Assembly: GCA_964583985.1 (NCBI GenBank) | Contig: CAZOYD010000002.1 | Location: 32,001 to 96,000 of the forward strand | DNA from: an uncultured archaeon | Lineage (GTDB): Archaea > Asgardarchaeota > Lokiarchaeia > Sigyniarchaeales > SOKP01 | Length of the DNA stretch: 64,000 nt | Reading direction: 5' to 3' | Part shown: in pieces, positions 48,845-58,492 of the stretch | Numbering within the stretch: position 1 is the stretch's first letter | Layout of the letters: every line of letters starts with the position of its first letter | Position numbers and translations under genes: made by a program | The notes under the pieces: generated by a model | Database searches by the model: none | What the model was told of the DNA's origin: nothing | The model's input: only the letters and a program-made list of their open reading frames with translations

Positions 48845-50278
48845 TTATTCTCTTAATTTAGGTGACCTCGCTGCTAATACCGCATCTAAACGTCCAATTG
48901 GGGTATTAAACGGAGCTTTCTTTAGGATATCTGGATTTTCTTCAGCTTCATCAAGAATTTTGAATAATATATCAATAAATCTATCTAAATTATTCCTTGT
49001 CTCTGTCTCAGTAGGTTCAATCATAAGAGCTCCATTAACAATTAATGGAAAATAGATAGTGGGGGCATACATTCCGTAATCTAAAATGCGTTTAGCAATA
49101 TCCTCAGTTGTAACACCATTAGGAATTCCTTTATCGGATAAAACAAATTCATGTTTGCACATTCTATCGTAAGGTAGATAATATCTTTTCTTGAGAGTGT
49201 TTCTTAAATAATTTGCATTCAAAACAGAGATTCTACCCACTTTGCTTAATCCTTCAGCTCCTAAGGCTAAAATGTATGAATATGCCCTTAATATTATTCC
49301 AAAATTGCCCCAAAATGCTTTAATCCGTCCAATTGATGTAGATTTTCTTTCAACACAGATTAGGCCCTCTTTATTTGATATTAAACACGGTTCAGGAAGA
49401 TATGGAATGAGTGTTTCTACAACTCCAACAGGACCAGATCCTGGACCCCCGCCACCATGAGGAGTAGAAAAGGTTTTATGAAGATTGAGGTGAACTATAT
49501 CAAAACCCATATCTCCCGGACGACAAACTCCAAGCATGGGATTTAAATTTGCCCCATCATAATAACAAAATCCACCATTTTCATGAACAATTCTCGTTAT
49601 CTCCTTTATATTTCGATCAAATACACCCAGCGTATTAGGATTAGTTAACATTATACCTGCTACATCTCCTTGTTTCATTGCATATTCGAGATGGTCTAAA
49701 GGGACTTCTCCTTGCTTGTTAGATTGAAGCTCAATAATAGAGAACCCTGCCATTTTTGCTGAAGCGGGATTAGTGCCATGAGCTGAATCTGGAACGATTA
49801 TCTTTGTCTTACGGATTTTGTTATGTTCAAAATATTTTTTCATAATAAGTAATCCAACCAATTCACCATGAGCTCCTGCAGCTGGTTGTAATGTGAAACC
49901 TTCCATTCCAGTGATTTCAACCAAGAATTTTGATAATTCCATAAGAACTTTAAGTGAACCTTGATTTTCTTCTTGGAGTGGATGGATCTGAGAGAAACCA
50001 GGAATTCTACCAATAATTTCATTAATTTTTGGATTATATTTCATTGTACAGGAACCTAAAGGATACATTCCTGTATCCACTCCATAATTTCTATTACTTA
50101 GATTTACATAATGCCGAACGATTTCAACCTCAGGAACGTTAGGTAGGGGTAATTCCTTTCGAATCAATGAATTTGGGATAATTTGAGCAATATCTTTAGC
50201 AACTATATCCATTTTAGGGATAAAATTTTCATTAGAACGGTTGATACTCTTTTCAAAAATAATTTTTGTATCCATCAT
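48845..50278 (-). CDS. gcvPB: Glycine dehydrogenase subunit 2
   Basis: YPLGSCTMKYNP, QPAAGAHGE, SAHGTNPAS, LNLHKTFSTPHGGGGPG (PLP Lys). Confidence 0.96.
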   Translation of the reverse strand: MMDTKIIFEKSINRSNENFIPKMDIVAKDIAQIIPNSLIRKELPLPNVPEVEIVRHYVNLSNRNYGVDTGMYPLGSCTMKYNPKINEIIGRIPGFSQIHPLQEENQGSLKVLMELSKFLVEITGMEGFTLQPAAGAHGELVGLLIMKKYFEHNKIRKTKIIVPDSAHGTNPASAKMAGFSIIELQSNKQGEVPLDHLEYAMKQGDVAGIMLTNPNTLGVFDRNIKEITRIVHENGGFCYYDGANLNPMLGVCRPGDMGFDIVHLNLHKTFSTPHGGGGPGSGPVGVVETLIPYLPEPCLISNKEGLICVERKSTSIGRIKAFWGNFGIILRAYSYILALGAEGLSKVGRISVLNANYLRNTLKKRYYLPYDRMCKHEFVLSDKGIPNGVTTEDIAKRILDYGMYAPTIYFPLIVNGALMIEPTETETRNNLDRFIDILFKILDEAEENPDILKKAPFNTPIGRLDAVLAARSPKLRE

Positions 50279-51624
50279 AATTCCCCCACGTTTTTTACTT
50301 TAAATTTACTCGCTATTCTTATAAACGTATCTAATGAGTCTTTTGAATTGGATTCAGTAACGCATACCAAAAGAACGTTTTTCATATTAGGATAATAAGA
50401 GGAAATGCGTAAAGGAGGTAATATATCGCTAATTTTGAGCTCATTGATAAATTTTTCAATATCAGGACATTTCAATAAGAATTCATTGTATGTAGGCTTT
50501 GTATTTAATATTTTATAACCTGGTATTTCAACTAATCTTTCCTTTAAATAATGAGCTTTCTGAATATTTTGAATGGCAATTTCCCGAAGTCCATAGGAAC
50601 CAAGGGATAATAAATATATCAGAGCTGATAAAGCACATAAAGCTTGATTTGTACAAATATTTGAACTTGCTTTTTCTCTTCGAATATGCTGCTCTCGTGC
50701 TTGTAATGTTAAAATAAAGCCTTCTCGCTCCCCATATAATTCCTTAGTCTTTCCTACTAACCGACCAGGTATTTTCCTTAGATATTTCTGTTTCGTTGTA
50801 AAGATACCAAGTCCAGGTCCACCAAAAGAAGGACAAATACCAAAAGATTGCCCTTCTGCCACAAAAATATCTATATTGGTCAAACCAGGTGGTTTTAAAA
50901 CGCCTAAGCAAGTTGGATCAGTCATGATTTGCACAATAATACAATTTGGAGCTGACTTTTTGATCCTTTGTGAAATTTCTGTTACATCCTCGATATCACC
51001 AAAGAAATTTGGGCTTTGAAGCATAACAGAAGCGATTTCTTCACTCAAATTATCCATAAGATCCTCTTGAGAAACAATTCTCAACTCAATATTTTGTCCC
51101 CAACAATAAGTTTTCACGACTTGTATGTATTCAGGATGAATCCCTTCCAGAATTACGACGATATTTTTATTTGTCAAAATTGTTGACATAATTGCTGCTT
51201 CTGCTAAAGCGGTCGAACCATCATACATGCTAGCGTTAGTAACATCCATTTCCGTTAAACGTGAAATAATTGATTGATATTCATAAATAGCTTGAAGAAA
51301 ACCTTGACTTGCTTCAGCTTGATAAGGAGTATAGGCGGTATAGAACTCTGAACGACTGATTACAAAATCGACTAAAGAAGGAATATAATGAAAATAATTT
51401 CCAGCACCCAAAAAACTGCTTTGATAGATTTTATTCTCCTTCGAGATTGTTTTCAGTTTATTTAATAAATCGGGTTCTGATAATCCGGGAGGAATATTTA
51501 ACTGTTTCTCAATCAGGTCTTTTGGAATATCATCAAAAAGGTCATCTAAATCACTAAGTCCTAAATTTTTTAACATCTCACCAATTATTTTATCGTCATG
51601 AGGGATAAAATCCATACTATTCAC
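50275..51624 (-). CDS. gcvPA: Glycine dehydrogenase subunit 1
   Basis: FLGAG, TAYTPYQAEASQG, NASMYDG, REQHIRREKASSNICTNQ. Confidence 0.96.
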   Translation of the reverse strand: MNSMDFIPHDDKIIGEMLKNLGLSDLDDLFDDIPKDLIEKQLNIPPGLSEPDLLNKLKTISKENKIYQSSFLGAGNYFHYIPSLVDFVISRSEFYTAYTPYQAEASQGFLQAIYEYQSIISRLTEMDVTNASMYDGSTALAEAAIMSTILTNKNIVVILEGIHPEYIQVVKTYCWGQNIELRIVSQEDLMDNLSEEIASVMLQSPNFFGDIEDVTEISQRIKKSAPNCIIVQIMTDPTCLGVLKPPGLTNIDIFVAEGQSFGICPSFGGPGLGIFTTKQKYLRKIPGRLVGKTKELYGEREGFILTLQAREQHIRREKASSNICTNQALCALSALIYLLSLGSYGLREIAIQNIQKAHYLKERLVEIPGYKILNTKPTYNEFLLKCPDIEKFINELKISDILPPLRISSYYPNMKNVLLVCVTESNSKDSLDTFIRIASKFKVKNVGEL

Positions 51625-51673
51625 CTAATCTAAAATATTTAAAATAACACAATTAAAAATAAGAAAATTAATG

Positions 51674-52069
51674 TTAATGTCCTTCGGATTCAATAATTTT
51701 TTTATATTCTTGAACGGATAGAAGAGTTCCTAATTCTTCTGAATGATTCATTTTAATTTTTAAGATCCACCCCTCTTCAAATGGAGAAGAATTAATTAAT
51801 TCAGGAGTTCCTTCTAAGGTCTTATTAACTTCAATTATTTCACCCGATACTGGCATTATTAGATCACCAACTGCTTTAACTGATTCAATTTCAGCAACAT
51901 TGCTACCCTTTTCAAAAACTAGACCAACATTAGGTAATTCAATGAAAACAATATCGCCAAGTTGGTGTTGAGCATAACTCGTTATTCCAACAATTCCAAT
52001 ATCACCTTTAACTCTCACCCATTCGTGAGAAGCAGCATATTTCACATCTTCCCGTAAGTTATAATCCAT
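51674..52069 (-). CDS. gcvH: Glycine cleavage system H protein
   Basis: HEW, GIT.YAQ.QLGDIVF, IESVKAV (lipoyl-Lys), PVSG, INSSP. Confidence 0.96.
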   Translation of the reverse strand: MDYNLREDVKYAASHEWVRVKGDIGIVGITSYAQHQLGDIVFIELPNVGLVFEKGSNVAEIESVKAVGDLIMPVSGEIIEVNKTLEGTPELINSSPFEEGWILKIKMNHSEELGTLLSVQEYKKIIESEGH

Positions 52070-52093
52070 AATAATTCACTTCTTTTTTTATTA

Positions 52094-53206
52094 TCAAACG
52101 TTTCTATAGAATGGTGTTGAAGTTACTAATCCTTTCAACAATTTGTCTCGTATCTCAATTTGTACTTCTGTATTAATTTCCTTGAATCTTGCATCTATCA
52201 ACCCTAAACCAATTGTTTTTTGTAATGTTGGTGAAAACCCTCCAGAAGTAACATATCCGATTTCATTTCCGTCTTTATAAATTTTATAATCTTGTCTTAT
52301 TATACCACGATCTATTAAAGTCAATCCAACAAGAATCCGTTTAGTTCCTTTCGATTTCTGTTCTAATAAAACATCTTTTCCAATGTAATCAATTCCTTCT
52401 TTAGGTTTGACGAGCCAAAATAATCCAGCTTCAATGGGTGTAATTTTATCGTTTATTTCATGACCATAAAGAGAATAAGAAGCTTCAAGTCTTAAAGAAT
52501 CTCTTGCACCTAATCCAGCTGGTTTTGCACCCAATTCCATTAAAGTTTTCCATATGGTTAAAGCGTGTTGATTCTCCATCGAGAGTTCAAATCCTTTCTC
52601 CCCCGTGTATCCCGTTCTAGCTATAAAAATAGGTAGACCATTTAGTTTGCAATGCTTAAAATAAAATCGATCAATATTAGATAAATCGGTGTCTACTATT
52701 GTTTGCAAAAGATCATCGGCTATTGGACCTTGAAGTGCAATTCGAGCTCTTTGTTTTGAAAGATCCGTGATTTTAACATCCCAATCTCTAATATGACTAT
52801 TTAACCATTTAAAATCCTTCTCAACATTACTTGCATTAACAATCATACGAAATTTTTGTGGTGTTTCTTCATAATAAACCAAATCATCTACAACAGTCCC
52901 ATTTTCATAACACATGCAAGAATATTGCCCCTTTGAAGGTTCCAATAGCTTTAAATCATTTATCATTATATATTGGAGAAAGGGAAATATATCTTCTCCT
53001 TCAAGAAGAAATTCCCCCATATGTGATATATCAAAAATACCCGCATTATTTCTCACGGCAACATGCTCTTTAATAATACTTTCATATTGTACAGGCATAA
53101 TAAAACCAGCGAAGTCAACCATTTTTGCTCCTAAGGCAATATGTGAGTCATAAAGCGGAGTTCTTTTCGATTCGGTAATAATTTCCACACCATTTATAAT
53201 AATCAT
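52094..53206 (-). CDS. gcvT: Aminomethyltransferase (GCS T protein)
   Basis: RTPLY, FDISHMG, VDD, RTGYTGEKGFE, GLGARDSLRLEA, LYGHE. Confidence 0.96.
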   Translation of the reverse strand: MIIINGVEIITESKRTPLYDSHIALGAKMVDFAGFIMPVQYESIIKEHVAVRNNAGIFDISHMGEFLLEGEDIFPFLQYIMINDLKLLEPSKGQYSCMCYENGTVVDDLVYYEETPQKFRMIVNASNVEKDFKWLNSHIRDWDVKITDLSKQRARIALQGPIADDLLQTIVDTDLSNIDRFYFKHCKLNGLPIFIARTGYTGEKGFELSMENQHALTIWKTLMELGAKPAGLGARDSLRLEASYSLYGHEINDKITPIEAGLFWLVKPKEGIDYIGKDVLLEQKSKGTKRILVGLTLIDRGIIRQDYKIYKDGNEIGYVTSGGFSPTLQKTIGLGLIDARFKEINTEVQIEIRDKLLKGLVTSTPFYRNV

Positions 53207-53320
53207 ATAATATTGAGAGTATAAAGTGCTCAGAATTATTTAAATTTTCAGTCTGATATTTAAAAAAGGATTTTCGGGAAAAAAATGGGTATTTTGCGAT
53301 GAAAACTTTACATTTGCTCA

Positions 53321-53854
53321 TTATTCTTCAACAGGGATCTCAACAAGGCTTAACACATCATATCCTTCTAACTTTTCCTTTCCATGTAAACTACCTGTTA
53401 ATTCTATTACAAATGCTACTCCTTCAACTATTCCTCCTGCTTTTTCTATTAAGTTACAGGCAGCTTTAGCAGTTCCTCCCGTCGCTAATAAATCATCAAA
53501 TAATAGAACCTTTTCACCCTTTTTGATAGCATCAACGTGCATTTCTATTTTATCTGTTCCATATTCAAGTTCATATTCTTCACTTATTACTTTTGCAGGC
53601 AATTTACCTGGCTTTCTTATCAAGATAAAACCGGCATCAAGATGATATGCTATAACACCACCCCAAATATACCCTCTAGCTTCGATTGCTGCGACTTTAC
53701 TAATCCCTCTATTTTTAAAATGATTTATGATGATATCATTAGATTCTTTGAAGGCTGCCGGATTTTTGGCCAATGTTGTAACATCTTTAAATTGAATTCC
53801 CTCTATGGGAAAATTTGGAACATTACGTATGTATTTTAAAAGATCCATCTTCAT
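53321..53854 (-). CDS. apt: Adenine phosphoribosyltransferase
   Basis: FP..GI.FKD, EARG, RKPGKLP, LEYG, DDLLATGGT. Confidence 0.95.
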   Translation of the reverse strand: MKMDLLKYIRNVPNFPIEGIQFKDVTTLAKNPAAFKESNDIIINHFKNRGISKVAAIEARGYIWGGVIAYHLDAGFILIRKPGKLPAKVISEEYELEYGTDKIEMHVDAIKKGEKVLLFDDLLATGGTAKAACNLIEKAGGIVEGVAFVIELTGSLHGKEKLEGYDVLSLVEIPVEE

Positions 53855-54114
53855 TCATCCAATATCTTTTAGATTTAATAAATTTTAAATTAGGTAATTA
53901 AAAATATTATTTAATTGAATCGTCACAATTTATAAATATAAAAACTCAAGGCAAATTAAAAAGTAAATAAAATTAAATAAACATTAATTTATACTGAATA
54001 TAATAGACGATGAAATACGATTAATTAAAAGAGATTTAGTTTATCTTTATCATATTAGAGATTAATTTTCGAAATCATAATAAAATAATAAAAGTTCAGA
54101 ATCATCATAAAAGG

Positions 54115-55077
54115 GTGGAAAGGATTAAAATACTATTATTTGGTCCAGAAAATGCGGGAAAAACAAGCTTAATGAGAACAACTTGCTTAGGTTATAATTT
54201 CATGAAGGTTTTAAATCTTAAACCTACGAAAAGCATATCAAGAGAGAATTTTATCTTTAGAGGTATAATGGAAATAAATTTGTGGGATGCTGGAGGTCAA
54301 TCTCATTACATGGAGAGATATTTTTCTGAATCCCATCGAGAATTAGTATTTTCAGAGGTTACAACAGCAGTTTTTATGGTTGATTCTACAGTTGTTGAAG
54401 ATCGAATTAAAGAAGTTTTTGATAAATTCTTAACATATATATTCGAATTTAGTCCCCATATCGATAAAGTTTATGTATTGCTAAATAAAATTGATCTGCA
54501 AGAATCTGAAGAAGATAAGGTTTATGATATATTAGTAAAGGGATTATCTGATGAAATACGAGATAAATTAGCTTTTACTCCCGTGTCAGTTAAGGAGGGT
54601 AGTGCACAACATCGGCTAATTGAAATCCTTGATTATGAAATTCAACAAAACACACTATCATTACAACGTCTTGGAAAAATAAGGCATTTATTGGATGAAT
54701 TAAAGGTGAATACTCTATCAGAATATCTATTATTTAACCAACCAGATGGTTTAATAATTGCATCTACTTTGGGAAAGTTTGAAAGTAAACCTTTACAATT
54801 CATGAAATTTGAGATTGGTACGCTAGATTCTAATATATATCAAATTTACTCAAAAATAATGAACTTATTGAATTCTGACATCTCCCCATTAGAATTATCA
54901 ATTGTTATTTATGAAAGCGAAAAGAATTATGTTTTAATTAAAGAAGTGAGTAATAATACGGTTTTAATGGCAGTTACTAAGAATAAAAATGAAGAAGCAT
55001 TTGTTACAATAATGAAAACTCTCACTGGGGACCATTTCAACAATTTAAAAGAGTATTTAAATAACGAGAATTTTTAA
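54115..55077 (+). CDS. RagA/Gtr1-like GTPase with C-terminal roadblock-like domain
   Basis: GPENAGKTS, NLWDAGGQSHYMERYF, FSEV, NKID; C-terminal YLLFNQPDGLIIAST pattern. Confidence 0.85.
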   Translation: MERIKILLFGPENAGKTSLMRTTCLGYNFMKVLNLKPTKSISRENFIFRGIMEINLWDAGGQSHYMERYFSESHRELVFSEVTTAVFMVDSTVVEDRIKEVFDKFLTYIFEFSPHIDKVYVLLNKIDLQESEEDKVYDILVKGLSDEIRDKLAFTPVSVKEGSAQHRLIEILDYEIQQNTLSLQRLGKIRHLLDELKVNTLSEYLLFNQPDGLIIASTLGKFESKPLQFMKFEIGTLDSNIYQIYSKIMNLLNSDISPLELSIVIYESEKNYVLIKEVSNNTVLMAVTKNKNEEAFVTIMKTLTGDHFNNLKEYLNNENF

Positions 55078-55133
55078 CTCCTACCATTTCTAATTCTAAA
55101 ATAAAAAGGTAAAAAAAATCAACAAAAAAAGTT

Positions 55134-55985
55134 TTACGCCTCTTTTTCATGTAAGCCAATCTTCTTGAGCAAGTTTTGTTTTGCATGATGAGGTCTTCTA
55201 ATAACAGTATCATTGGATTTTTCAATTTCTCTTGCTTGATCACACATAATTGCAGCAGTCCTCATCATTTCATGAGCTGCTGCTAATAATGGCATGTATT
55301 CCTCTCTTTCTTTTAATACAAAACATGCTTGAGCTGTAACTTTTGAAACAGAAGATGCCAACTCAAATGCTGCAATTGCTTTTGCTTCTGCATATGGATT
55401 AGAAAATTCGGCTCCTTTCAATGCGGTAGTGGCATCAATTGTAATTTGTGGCAATATAGGAGTCTTACCTTCCAGCATGTCCATTAATACTTTGTTCAAT
55501 TCTCCAGCAATTACTTGTAACGCTCCCGTAATGGCTAAAACTTTCAAAAGATCGGCGTTAAAACAACTCATTTCAACAGGATCCAAGAAGGGTCTTCTCG
55601 CACCTATCATGCTATCACAATTGACCAAGATATATCCCATATTTTTCTCTTTTATTTCATCGATTGCTTTCTTTGCTGGCGCGTCTGAAATGATTATGGT
55701 TGGGATTCCAGCAGAATGAGCCATCTCTCTTGCTTTCATAGGACCCTTAAGTGCTGCATTGGGACTAGACATTAGTATTAATTCTGGTTTAAATTCCAAG
55801 AGTGCTTTCATTGTTTCTTCACATTCTTCAGGAGGATGCATTTTTGCCCCAGAGGTAACTTCTCGCACTTTTAATCGTGTAGCTTCAGCCCGTTCATCCA
55901 TTAAGAATGCAAGCAGAAGGGAACTTCCAATCGTCCCATTCTTAAGAATTCCTATATTTAAAATTTTTTCTGACATTTTTTTCAA
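55134..55985 (-). CDS. mtd: F420-dependent methylene-H4MPT dehydrogenase
   Basis: GTIGSS, DERA, SGAKM, SPN, DSMIGARR.FLDPVEM, NPYA.AKA, RRPH. Confidence 0.93.
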   Translation of the reverse strand: MKKMSEKILNIGILKNGTIGSSLLLAFLMDERAEATRLKVREVTSGAKMHPPEECEETMKALLEFKPELILMSSPNAALKGPMKAREMAHSAGIPTIIISDAPAKKAIDEIKEKNMGYILVNCDSMIGARRPFLDPVEMSCFNADLLKVLAITGALQVIAGELNKVLMDMLEGKTPILPQITIDATTALKGAEFSNPYAEAKAIAAFELASSVSKVTAQACFVLKEREEYMPLLAAAHEMMRTAAIMCDQAREIEKSNDTVIRRPHHAKQNLLKKIGLHEKEA

Positions 55986-56389
55986 CTTTAGAGTTTGCTA
56001 ATTTAACAAGATATTATTATTTTTCATACTTTAAAAAAAAATCACCTTTTTGCAAGGTTATTTAACCTCTTAATTTTATGGATCTGAATGAGATTATTTC
56101 TCAAACTAATCTTTTTTGACCTTTAGAGAAAGTTTTTATATAAAATCTAATAGTGGAATACCTATATGATATTTTACTTTAAAAAAAGACTCTGAGATTC
56201 GTACATTAGAAAATTATTATATATGTATCTTCGGTTTATGTTTACTCAGAGAATTATTCAAGCTAAACTTACAGACATTTATGATTCAAGACTTAATACT
56301 ATAAATCTAAATCCCTCTTTTTTCCGAAAATATTTGAAAAAGTGGCGTAAAAAGAACTTGTATCACAAAAATTAATAAAAAGAATTTAG

Positions 56390-57229
56390 TTATTTTAATC
56401 CCGTCATTTTCATCGTTATATCCCATAACTTTTTCGCATATTCTTCGTTATAGGAATCTTCCGATGATCTTTGCTCTTGTTTGTTAATAAAATACTTTCC
56501 AGTTACTCCTTCTACCTCTGATGAAGATGCTAGATATATTGAAGTCTCAGCTGCTTTTTCAGGACTTTTAAAAAATCGTCTTACAATGCCTTTTTTTGGT
56601 TTTGATCTGTCTACACCCAAGTTTGTATTTACAACTCCGGGGTGGATTGTGTTCAAAGTAACTCCTGTTCCCTTTAACCTTCTACTGAGTTCATAAGAGA
56701 TCAACATTAAAGCTAATTTTGAATCTCCATATAATCCCATAAATCGGCGTTTTTTATTCTCGCCTTGAAGATCTTCAAAATCAATAGTACCATATTTATG
56801 TGCTGCTGAAGCGACATTAATTATTCTGCTTGGGGCGCTTTTTTTCAAGGTATCAAGCAATAGATTTGTTAATAAAAAAGGTGCTAAAAAGTTTACCGCA
56901 AAATTCATTTCAAATCCATCAACAGATAATTCACGTTTCGAAAGCATGACACCAGCGTTATTGATTAGCACGTGTAAATTCTGGTATTTTGTATTAAATT
57001 CTGTCGCAAAATTCCGAATAGAATCCAAAGATGATAAATCACAGAATAGCAAATCCACGTGATTATTCCCTGTTTTCTCGATGATCTCTTTTTGTGCCGT
57101 TTCTCCTCGTTCCAAATTTCTACAGACCATTATTACATTTGCATTTAACTTTGCTAATCCTATTGCAGTTGCATACCCTATGCCCGAATTAGCTCCTGTA
57201 ACAATACAGTTTTTTCCTTCCATATTCAT
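56390..57229 (-). CDS. Short-chain dehydrogenase (retinol-dehydrogenase/WWOX-like subfamily)
   Basis: TGANSGIG, NNAG, NVAS, YGDSK, HPGVV. Confidence 0.92.
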   Translation of the reverse strand: MNMEGKNCIVTGANSGIGYATAIGLAKLNANVIMVCRNLERGETAQKEIIEKTGNNHVDLLFCDLSSLDSIRNFATEFNTKYQNLHVLINNAGVMLSKRELSVDGFEMNFAVNFLAPFLLTNLLLDTLKKSAPSRIINVASAAHKYGTIDFEDLQGENKKRRFMGLYGDSKLALMLISYELSRRLKGTGVTLNTIHPGVVNTNLGVDRSKPKKGIVRRFFKSPEKAAETSIYLASSSEVEGVTGKYFINKQEQRSSEDSYNEEYAKKLWDITMKMTGLK

Positions 57230-57487
57230 GTTTTTTTACCTAAGTTAACTTATTACCATATAAAAACTAGATTTTAGTGGATAAGCTTGGTTAGGATAAA
57301 AATTATTTGTAGTTTTTGTTAATAAAATATTAAAATCTAAAATTTTTTTTGTAAAACTAAATTTTTATTTCAATTAATTTTAAACCACCTTTTAACATTA
57401 GTTCAAGGATTTCTTATACTTTTATATAAAATTGAGATCTATTAGTATTACCGAATAAATAAAAACTAATTTGGAGTTGATTAAAAA

Positions 57488-58399
57488 ATGGAATTAAATG
57501 GTGTAGAGATCGAGGATACATTCTGTGAAGCGTTTGGAGCAGTGTTTACGCGAATCTTAGTTACAGCGAAAAATGAGAAATGGGCAAATATTGCAGCCCA
57601 AGTAGCAACGGGATATGGAACGTCAACCATACATTGCGATTCCGAAGCTGGAATTGATGTAGTATTATCAGCTGATAAAACACCGGATAAACGTCCTGGA
57701 GTTGTATTGATGTTTTTTAAAACGAAGAAGGACCAAATGGATAACGTTTTATTAAATAGAGTTGGCCAATGTATCTTAACTTGTCCGACAACTGCTTGTT
57801 TTGACGCTTTAAATGGATCCTTAGACCCTGAAAAAGATTTTGACATTAAAACGGGTTTCAAACTTAAGTTTTTTGGCGATAAATTCGAGGAAAAAGTAGA
57901 GGGTCAACTTCCTTTTGAAGCGTGGCGCATTCCTGTAATGGATGGAGAATTTGTAGTCCAAAGTATTTTTAAAGTTGGAAAAGGAGTAGCAGGTGGAAAC
58001 TTCTTAATCATGGCTGAAAGCCAAGATGCGGGACTTGCAAGTGCTGAGGCTGCTGTTCAAGCAATGAAAGGTATTGAAAATGTTATTGCTCCATTCCCTG
58101 GAGGAATTGCTCGATCTGGAAGCAAGGTTGGGTCTAAGTACTCATTTTTGAATGCATCGACAAATGATCCCTTATGTCCCACACTTAGAACTAAAATTGA
58201 GAATTCTTTATTAAAGGAACATGATAATTGTGTATATGAAGTTATTTTAGATGGAGCCACAGAAGAAGCCCTGAAAAAAGCAATGAAAGTTGGAATAGAA
58301 GCTGCTGTAAAAGTTGGCGGAGTTAAAAGAATTAGCGCAGGAAATTACGGAGGAAAATTGGGTAAATTTCAATATCGCTTACACGATATCTTAAAATGA
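57488..58399 (+). CDS. ftr: Formylmethanofuran-H4MPT N-formyltransferase
   Basis: IEDTFCEAF, TPDKRPG, RVGQCILTCPT, FFGD, GVAGGNF, SGSKVG, SAGNYGG.LG. Confidence 0.96.
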   Translation: MELNGVEIEDTFCEAFGAVFTRILVTAKNEKWANIAAQVATGYGTSTIHCDSEAGIDVVLSADKTPDKRPGVVLMFFKTKKDQMDNVLLNRVGQCILTCPTTACFDALNGSLDPEKDFDIKTGFKLKFFGDKFEEKVEGQLPFEAWRIPVMDGEFVVQSIFKVGKGVAGGNFLIMAESQDAGLASAEAAVQAMKGIENVIAPFPGGIARSGSKVGSKYSFLNASTNDPLCPTLRTKIENSLLKEHDNCVYEVILDGATEEALKKAMKVGIEAAVKVGGVKRISAGNYGGKLGKFQYRLHDILK

Positions 58400-58492
58400 C
58401 GAAAAAGTTAAAAATAGTAAATCAAAAACAAATTTATTTTAAATTTTTATCTCTTTTTTATTTCATTTGTAAATAAAAAAAATGATTATAAA

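Noticed and set aside
56223-56375. Possible 50-aa ORF (MYLRFMF...) in the mtd-SDR gap
   Set aside because: No motif or RBS; plausible chance ORF in AT-rich intergenic DNA
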